Assembly: GCF_004010195.1 (NCBI RefSeq)
Contig: NC_057759.1
Span: forward strand, 2,492,295-2,536,914
Origin: Chiloscyllium plagiosum
Lineage: Eukaryota
DNA: 44,620 nt
Direction of reading: 5' to 3'
Of this stretch, positions 36,731-44,620 are shown piece after piece. Under the pieces are notes generated by a model. It was not told the origin of the DNA. It did no database searches and saw nothing but the letters and a program-made list of their open reading frames with translations. The stretch's first letter is position 1. Every line of letters starts with the position of its first letter. Position numbers and translations under genes: made by a program.

Positions 36731-36829
36731 ATTTATGACGTACAATGCACAACAGAGTAGAATTTGCACACTGCAGGAGTACCGAGGGACAATGCCAATA
36801 GTAAACACAATCAATCCCTAACACTGAGG

Positions 36830-37142
36830 ATCCGTACAGAGCAGAAACAAGCCATTCGGCCCATCAAGTCAACACCAACCCTCTGAAAAGACCCCCCTAC
36901 CCTATCCCTGTAACTCTGCATTTCCCACAGCTAATTCACCTAACCTACACATCCCTGGACATAATGATAATTTCCCATGGCCAACCCGCCTAGTCTGCAC
37001 ATTTTAGACTGTTGGAGGAAACCCAGTTAGACACAGGGAGAATGTGCCAATTGCACATAGACCACAATCCGAGGCTGGAATTGAACCCGGGTTCCTGGCA
37101 CTGTGAATCAGCAGTTTTAATCACTGAAGAACCGTGCCACAC
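36830..37142 (-). mobile_element. HE1-type V-SINE
   Basis: Reverse V-domain and ggaattgaacccgggttcctggcactgtga B-box region. Confidence 0.85.
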
Positions 37143-37570
37143 CCTGAGTCTGATCTGCTATTCAACAGCTGATCTGCAGCCTAACTCCACAAACCTACCG
37201 TTGGACCCTAGCCCGTTAATACCTGAGGAAACACAATCTCTCAGATTGAAAACTAACACCTGGTCCCAGCCTCCACTGTGGCTTGTGAGTGAGAGTTCAA
37301 ACATCTCCTGACCTTTGTGTGCAAATCGTGAAATGTAACATTATCAACATACCGTATGCCACCAGATACGAAATGTTTCTTACTGTTAAAAGAAAAGAGA
37401 GAGAATTTAGCGTCACGTCTACAAATGTTCGTATTTTCAATTGTAAACTCTGTGAGATGATGCACACGCCCATGCGATCAAGAGTCCTTTGCTTAAAGAG
37501 GAATCAGCTGTTGGCCACAGGATTTGAGCAGGATTTCTGTTTGTTAAAGGGGTAAACCGTTTCTTTTTAC

Positions 37571-37606
37571 CCTGAGTTTGTACGTTTGCGTGAGAAGCAC
37601 TGTAGG
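37571..37606 (-). CDS. FCRL-like receptor exon 2 (36-nt signal-peptide mini-exon S2: (S)YSASHANVQTQ(G))
   Basis: Acceptor tcattttctcacag|cc, donor cagg|gtaaaa. Phase 1/1, open, and joins exon 1 to Ig D1 in frame. Confidence 0.7.
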
Positions 37607-38813
37607 CTGTGAGAAAATGATGAGTTATATTTCAGGGACACGAAATATTGAATGGAAATGTCTATTAAATCTGCTCAGATCGATAACTCAGGGCATGCCA
37701 CAGTAGACTCATAGAGTCATTCAGCACGGATACAAGCCCTTCGACCCAACTCGACCATTGTCAACAGGTTTTCCACAATAAATTAAACCAGCCCCACTTG
37801 CCTTCAATTTAGCCCATATTCCTCTAAACCTTTCCAATCCATGTCCCTGTCCAAATATATTTTAAATGTTTTAATTGTACATATTTCTACCACTTCCTCT
37901 GGCATTTTGTTCCAAATACACTTCCTGTTTGAAAAAGATCCCCCTCAGGTCCCTTTTAAATCGTTCCCCTCTCACCCTAAAGCTATGCCCTCTAGTTTTG
38001 GATAAGGACAAGATAGAAGTCTGGGTAACAGTACGTAATATGGAATGCCCACTTTAATACAATAGTGTCTCACAGTACATGAAAAGCCCTTTGAACCAAA
38101 CAATCTGTACCCAAAAATACTAAAGAATGTTCCCATTCAACGGGTGAGGGTGAACTGAAACAGAGAGTCACAGTCTAAAGGAGACTGAGATGGGGAGAAA
38201 TGTCCTCACCCAGAGAGAGGGACCCCTGTGGGATTCCCTACCACAGAAAACAGTCAGGGGCAGAACACAGAAGTGCCCCCATCTCTCTATCTCCCTTGTC
38301 ATCATCCGTTTCTCTCCTTCAATACTGCCCCTCATTTCTCTCTCTCCCTCATTTATATCCCTATCTCTCTCACTCTCTCTCCCTCAATTCTACCATGATC
38401 TCTCTCTCTCCTTGAATTCGATGGAGTCAATGCTCCCTCACTCTCCCCTTTAATCCTGCCCCCACCTTGTCTCTTCCTCAAATCTACCCCATCTCTCTGT
38501 CGCTGTCTCGTTCACTTCTACATCATCCCTCACTCTCTCTCCCTCAAATTAACCCCATCTTTCTTTTTCTCCCTCAATCCTGCCCCATTTCTCTTTCTTT
38601 CCCTTTCCTTCAATCCTGCCCTTCCCATTCTTTCTGTCTATCTCATTCAACCCACCCTCCTCTCTGACAGGAATTATAACTACAAGCTCAAATACACAAA
38701 ATAATTTGAATAATTTTAGCTCCTCCAAACAGCATGGCTCTGACATCTCCCTAATCCTAGTGGCAAATTCACATGATGTTTCATTTATATATAAAGCTGT
38801 AACAACCACTTAC

Positions 38814-38853
38814 AAAACATGAGCAGGCAAAATTCCTTCACATACGTCATCAT
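38814..38853 (-). CDS. FCRL-like receptor exon 1 (signal peptide S1: MMTYVKEFCLLMF)
   Basis: ATG ATG ACG TAT GTG AAG GAA TTT TGC CTG CTC ATG TTT T|gtaagt: perfect phase-1 donor with a hydrophobic FCLLMF stretch. A homologous exon with the same phase lies at 6040-6073. Confidence 0.7.
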
Positions 38854-40169
38854 GTGGAATCCAAACGCAGAGGCCTTCCCTCTTTCTCTGGGAGGGTAAA
38901 TACTTCAGGGGGCAATTAATTTCTCCACCAGCCTTCCTAAGAAAGGAACATAAATAGGTTTCTGGCTTCATTGAGCAGGGAATGAGACCGCTCAGTCTAT
39001 CCACCAGTGGTGGATACTTGTAGTCTGTGACTATCCATCTCCCTGAGTGTGTTACAAACTGTTACTCCACACCGTCCCTTTTATTTCCACAATTTTCTCT
39101 CTTTACCTGTGGCAAGGAAAAGGAGCTCAGCAAACAGAGAATTATGCGGCATGGGAACAGGGCCTTCTGCCCATATCATCCATGCCAACCAGGTTATTCA
39201 AACTTGTCCCATTTGCTTGTGATTGGCCCCTATCCTGCTAAATCTTTCCAATCAAATCCAATCCAGCACCAATGTCTTTTAAATGTTGTAATTGTACCCA
39301 TCTCCATAGCTTCCCCTGGCATTTTATTCCATATGTGCAATCAGTTATGAGAAAGATTTGCCCCTCAGATCCCGTAAACTTTTTCACCTCTCAACTTAAA
39401 CCTATGCTCTCTAGTTTTGAACTCACCTGCCCTGAGGTAAAAACTTTGGCTATTCACCCTATCCAGGCACCTCATGACCTTCGAAACTTTTATGACGTTA
39501 TTCTTCAGGCTCCCATGCTTCAGGGTTAAGACATCCCAGCCTATCCAACGTCTCCTGATAATCCAATCCTCCAGTCATTGTTAATCGTTTCTGTACCCCT
39601 TCTAGTTTAACAACATCCTTCCCGTAGCATCTCCGGCATTGCTATTTCATTCATTAGAGGAATTCTCACCAGAGTTGATCTCTCAATCGATTCTTCAATT
39701 AGAGTGAATTGCCTTCAGTTTTCCTTTCCCTTTTCTCTCTCATTAAAACAGCCAGACAAATATGTCCAGCCGGTGCACAGTTTATCCAAAATGTAGATGA
39801 ACTACGAGGGATTGAACAACACCGCCCACTACTCCCCCACCAGGCCTTTCCCACCACAGGAACCAGGAAGACAACCCTAAGGGGGAGATCTGGTTCTGGC
39901 TTCCGCAGATCGGTCTGCAGCTCTGAATCTTCAGCTGTAGGCTGAAAGGGAAACTCTAGCGGTGTCTGTGGGATAACGTTGGGTTTGAGAGAACAAGAAA
40001 ATATATTAACCACAAGTAGACAAGTATAATGGACTGTCTGCAACTGAAACACACAAAAAAAGGAACTAAGCTTCACCAGTTAACACAGCGTGCTTATTAT
40101 CTGACAGAAACACTTGCCAGCAACGCAAAAGGATTGATGTGGAATCAACATACTCAAAAATGTAATTAT

Positions 40170-40765
40170 CTTTCTCTCTCTCTTCACAGAGACTGCCAGA
40201 ACTGTTGAATTTCTGCGGCATTTTCTGTGTCTATAAACTGTAACATTAACTCTCTCCCTCTCTCTCCACACAGATGCTGCCAGATCTGCTGACTTCCTCC
40301 AGCATTTTGTGTTTATAACCTGTAATATTAACTCTGTTTCCCTCTCCCTCTCTCGCTCTTTCTTTCTCTCTCTCTCTTTCTCTCGCTTTACAAATGCTGC
40401 CAGATCTGCTGATATCCTGCAGCATTTTGCGTTTATAATCTGTAATATTAACTCTATTTCCCGCGCTCTCCCTCTCTCTCGCTCTTTCTCCCCCACTCTC
40501 TTTCTGTCTCTCTCTCTCTCTCGCTCTCTCTCTCTCACTCTACAGATGCTGCCAGATCTGTTGACATCCTCCAGCATTTTGCGTTTATAATCTTTAAAAT
40601 TAACTCTGTTTCTCTGTCTCTGTCTCTCTGTCTCTTGCTCGCTCGCTTTCTCTCGCTGTCTCTCTCTCCCTCTCTCTCTCTACAAATGCTGCCAGATCTG
40701 ATGAGTTTCTCTGGTACTCTCTGTGTTATTTTCAGATCTCCAGCGTCTTGCACTATGTAGCTTTT
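40170..40765 (+). repeat. Tandem units of AGATGCTGCCAGATCTGCTGAGTTTCTCCAGCATTTT separated by CT tracts (probably Penelope-terminus derived)
   Basis: 5 units here; related units at 4480-4745 (inverted), 23880-24030, 27235-27330 and 35250-35480. Confidence 0.65.
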
Positions 40766-43700
40766 GAAACCGGAAAAAAAATGTATTAGTTGTATCAGAC
40801 GGCAGTGACACCACTCCTGGTGAAAGTGTGCCTGCTGCTGTTCAAGAGAAGAGGAAAGACGGAGGCTGACACACTTCAAAATAACTTTGCAACGCTCTGT
40901 CAGAAACATGAGATTATGTGGCTGCAGTTTATGTGGAAGAGATCCATATGACCATAGGATTAGGAGTAGACCATTCAGCCCATCGAGTCTGTTTTGCCAT
41001 TCAAAGAGACTGGGGCTGATCTGATCATCCTCAACTCCATTTTGTTTACCTTTCCTCTACAACCTTGTGTTTCCTTTCCGATTTAAAAATCTCTCTAACT
41101 CAGTCTTGACTATCCTGAAAAACCTAGCGTTGACAGCCCTCTATTGTAAAAAGTTCTACAGATTCACTCCCATCGGAGAGAAGAAATTCCTCCTCATGTC
41201 CGTCTTCAATGATTCTGACATGACATCCCTCTGGGCCCATGCTCTCCCACACAAGGTGAACCAACATCTGTCCACATCTCCCCTGGCAAAGCCCTCGAAG
41301 AATCTTCAATAAGGTCATCTCTCGTTCTTCTGAACTCCAATAAGGACAGGCACAACCTACCCAGCCTCTCCCTCGTCAGGCAGTCCCTCCATACCAGGGA
41401 TCAGCTGAGTAACCTTCTCTGTACTGCGTCTAATGTCCAGTCTATTTTTTAAATAAGAATCCCCAAAACTATTCACAATCTACCAGCTGTAGTCTGACTA
41501 GTTCCTTGTATAGTTTTTTTTTAAGCAAAACGTCCGAAAACACCATTTCTTTTTAAATAAATGCTGTTTGCCTTCCCTACGAACTGACTAACTTTGATGC
41601 TATTTTTTGTGACTCACCAACAATGAATTCCCGATCCCTCTAATAAGGAAATTCTCCGTGGGAATGTTTTTCAACCTTCTCTGAAGTGGCTTCAGCCTCT
41701 GGAATCCAAGCAACACTTCGATCGCAAGGACTAATTTTCTCAATAGCTTGAGGAGTTCAGAGAATTTCTGTATCTTGCGAAGTGTAGTTGGTGTTTTAGA
41801 AGTGGTTCCTCATGTACCAGAACATCGGACAGAGTTGCAACACGTCATGGCGTGATTGGAGATCCCCAGTGGGTAGATCTTATGTTGATCCTATTCAGAG
41901 ATTGACATGCACTCCCTGAAGAACAAGAAAATCTAATTGCCTCCCTCTGTAAAATTAGCTGTCACTACAAATCTGCATTATTTGTCCGCTCTTTCTGTCC
42001 CTAATCTGTCTTAGCCTCAATTTAATTCTGTTTTTATATTTATATTTAAAACAAACATTTGTTCTTCCCCTTTCTTTTGACTTTTTAAAAAAAATTGCTG
42101 ATCTGTTCACTAACTTTATTTGCAACTTATCAATTTGGCTGTTACTTTAACCCTCTGTTTTCTGTCCTGGGCAGTTTAACTATTGACTGCACAGCGAGTC
42201 AATTTTTCACAGAATTCCGAGATTTCCCCTCATTCGCAGTGTTTATATCTTAAGCTGGATTGCCTCAGATATAGGGCAGGAATGGCTTTGTGAATTAATA
42301 GGACCTGTGTGAGAGAGAACATGTGTGAGAACAAAGTGGATGAGAGTAACTGTGTGTGTGTGCATATGTGTGAGAGAGAAAATGTAGATGAGAGGGAGAG
42401 TGTGTGTGTGTCTGTGTGTGTGAGAGAGAGAGTGACAGAGTGATTTTGTGGCAGAGTGTGTGTGAAACAGTGTGTGTGTGTGTGAGAGAGAGTGTGTGTA
42501 ACTGTGTGTGTGAGTGAGATAATGAGATACAGTATGTGTTTCAGAATGTTTGTGTGCATGTGGCTGTGAGAGAGTGCGTGAGACAGAGAGGGTATGTGTG
42601 TGAGAGTGTATGAGACAGAGTGTGTATGTCAGAAAAGGTGTGTGTGAGACAGAACGAGTGAGAGAGCGAATTCTTGTGAGACTTTGTGTGTGAGTGTGTG
42701 TGAGAGAGTGAGAGACAACTTGTGAGACAGCTTGCGTCTGTGTGAGAGTGTGTGCGAGATAGAGTCTGTGTGTGACACAGAGTGTGTGACAGAGTAGAGA
42801 CATAGAGTTGTAGATGTTTACAGCATGCAAACAGGCTGTCCGGCCCAACTTACCAATGCTGTCCAGTTTTCACAAGTTAAACTAGCCCCATGTGACTTTG
42901 CTTGACAAAACCGTATTCGCTTTCAGCGTTACCACGGAGGGCCTGTTCCAGACTCTCAGTACCGTTTGTGTGAAAAAATTGCGCCATTACATTCTTTTGT
43001 ATTTCTCCCCTCTCACCTTGAAGGAACCCTGATCACATTGAAGAAGGATTTAGATGTTAATTGTGATGCCAAGGCTATGGGCCACGTGCTGGGAAAAGAG
43101 GAGAAGATAATAGTGACGTAGCTGCTTTTGATCAGCTCAGACTCAATGGGCCAATGGGACTTTTTTCTGTGTTGCAGACTTCTACAACTCCCTGCATTGA
43201 CTCTTAACTGTCATCTGGGGCAATTAGGGATGCGAGTGATAAATGCTAACCCAGTCAGTGATGCCCATGTCCCATGAGTGAATGTAAAAAATGTTCATCT
43301 TCCTTTAATATGCAGCGAGTTGAGCTGATGTCCACATTCTCGGGATTGCGAAGGATTTGGCCTTTGAAGTAATGGAGACAGAAGAGCACAGAAAGAGGAA
43401 CTTCAGCCCATTGCGTCTGTGCTGGATAATTTTGAGTGACAGTTCAATCTTGACTGATTGATCGCTGCTTCAATCCATCTGGGTGAGCTCCAATTGTAAT
43501 CAATGGCTTGCTATGAAATATGTCACTGATAGCCGGGCAAATCTGAACTCTAAAGGCAACGTGTGATATGAGGCAGCTTGGTGTGGAAATGTTGGTGGGT
43601 CATTGCACCAATGTGCTCCCCACTCACGGGTTAACCCTGTGGGTGTTGGGTGTGTGTGCACTCTAACCAGTCTGTGTTGTATGGGGCTTTTCAACGGATA

Positions 43701-44620
43701 TCCCACATTGTCTCCATCACAGTCACAATGCTGTGGTGAAGCGTAACAGGAGTGTTGCTTCTGTGTAAACTTATCTTGCCTGGCCGCAACAAATCAGAGA
43801 CACATCACAAATAGGAGCAGGGATAAGCTCTTCCAGCCTGCTCCCCCATTCAACAGGATCGTGGCTGATCATTCAATTCCGTCCCCGGTGTCTCCCACTA
43901 TCTCCCCCTATACCCGTTATCCACATCCCCAGTAACACGATGGGCCGAATGGTCACTTCTATGTTGTGCCATTCTATGATTCGAATATGTTCTTTCAGTT
44001 CTGAAGAAGGGTCACTTGACTGATTCTTTTTCTCTTTCTATCTTTCCCCACAGATGATGCCTGAGTTTCTTCAGCATATTCTGTTTTGTCTGAACTCTAA
44101 GCAACCCCTTCCAGAGCAACATTTTTCAATGTTTTGGCCTCAATCTCTTTCCGTGGCAGAGAATTCATCGCTCTCATGCACTCCTTTTCTTTCACACACA
44201 CATGCAGTCGCTCTGTCTCACATACATACACTCTCTCTTACATATACATACATCCTTTCTCACCACACACATGCACTCTCTGTCACACACGCACTTTGTC
44301 ACTCTAACACACGCTCGCTCGCTCTGTCTCTCACACACACTCTCACTCTCTCTCGCACACTCATACCCACTCTCTCTCACACAAACATACACTCTCTCTC
44401 CCTCACACGCATTCACTCTCTCACAAACTGTCTCACACATACATCCCCTCTCACACATATGTATTCTCCCTCTCACACCCCAGCACTCTCTCACACACAT
44501 GCACACGCGCTCTCTCACACACATGCACTCTTTCTCTCACACACATTCAGTCTCCCCTCATGCACACACGCACTCACTCTTTCACACATACAAGCACTCT
44601 CCGTCACACACACACACACA

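Larger units (their letters stand above)
38270..44620 (-). repeat. Right arm of the inverted duplication (5' flank, exon 1 and start of intron 1 of the FCRL-like gene)
   Basis: Same anchors as the left arm; shared simple repeats and shared CR1 insertions in mirrored order. Confidence 0.93.

Noticed and set aside
39699..40076. Similar ORFs 39699-40076 (-) and 4855-5043 (+) as a conserved small protein
   Set aside because: The similarity is explained by the DNA duplication: substitutions show no third-position bias and the frames diverge after ~50 codons.
42230..42848. HT/SL/CV/RE-rich ORFs here and at 23-615, 2553-2963, 6404-7584, 40080-40909 and 44192-44524
   Set aside because: They are translations of microsatellite or minisatellite DNA.
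1..44620. Giant DNA transposon (Polinton/Maverick or Teratorn-like) with long terminal inverted repeats
   Set aside because: The arms are ~20% diverged, contain a host gene's exon 1 and old TEs, and no transposase, integrase or polB is encoded between them.

Overview
Vertebrate genomic DNA. The repeat content (HE1-type V-SINEs, CR1 LINEs, DeuSINE-like and Penelope-derived repeats) points to a cartilaginous fish, probably a shark; this is an inference. The core is a minus-strand gene reconstructed by hand from splice sites: 14 phase-compatible coding exons from 38853 down to 10665, 1968 nt, 655 aa. It encodes a type I receptor with a split signal peptide, 5 FcR/FCRL-type Ig domains, an uncharged TM and a long tail with 5 tyrosine motifs (2 canonical ITIMs). 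Its second signal-peptide exon is 36 nt, the LRC-type size, not the 21 nt typical of FCR/FCRL. The two ends of the window (1-~6.6/7.4 kb and ~38.3-44.6 kb) are diverged inverted copies, and the left copy carries an orphan paralogous leader exon next to an assembly gap. Intron 3 holds a ~3 kb 17-bp satellite with higher-order structure, interrupted by a TSD-flanked palindromic Penelope-derived insert with hammerhead-ribozyme cores on both strands. Most ORFs in the supplied track are simple-repeat or retroelement shadows.
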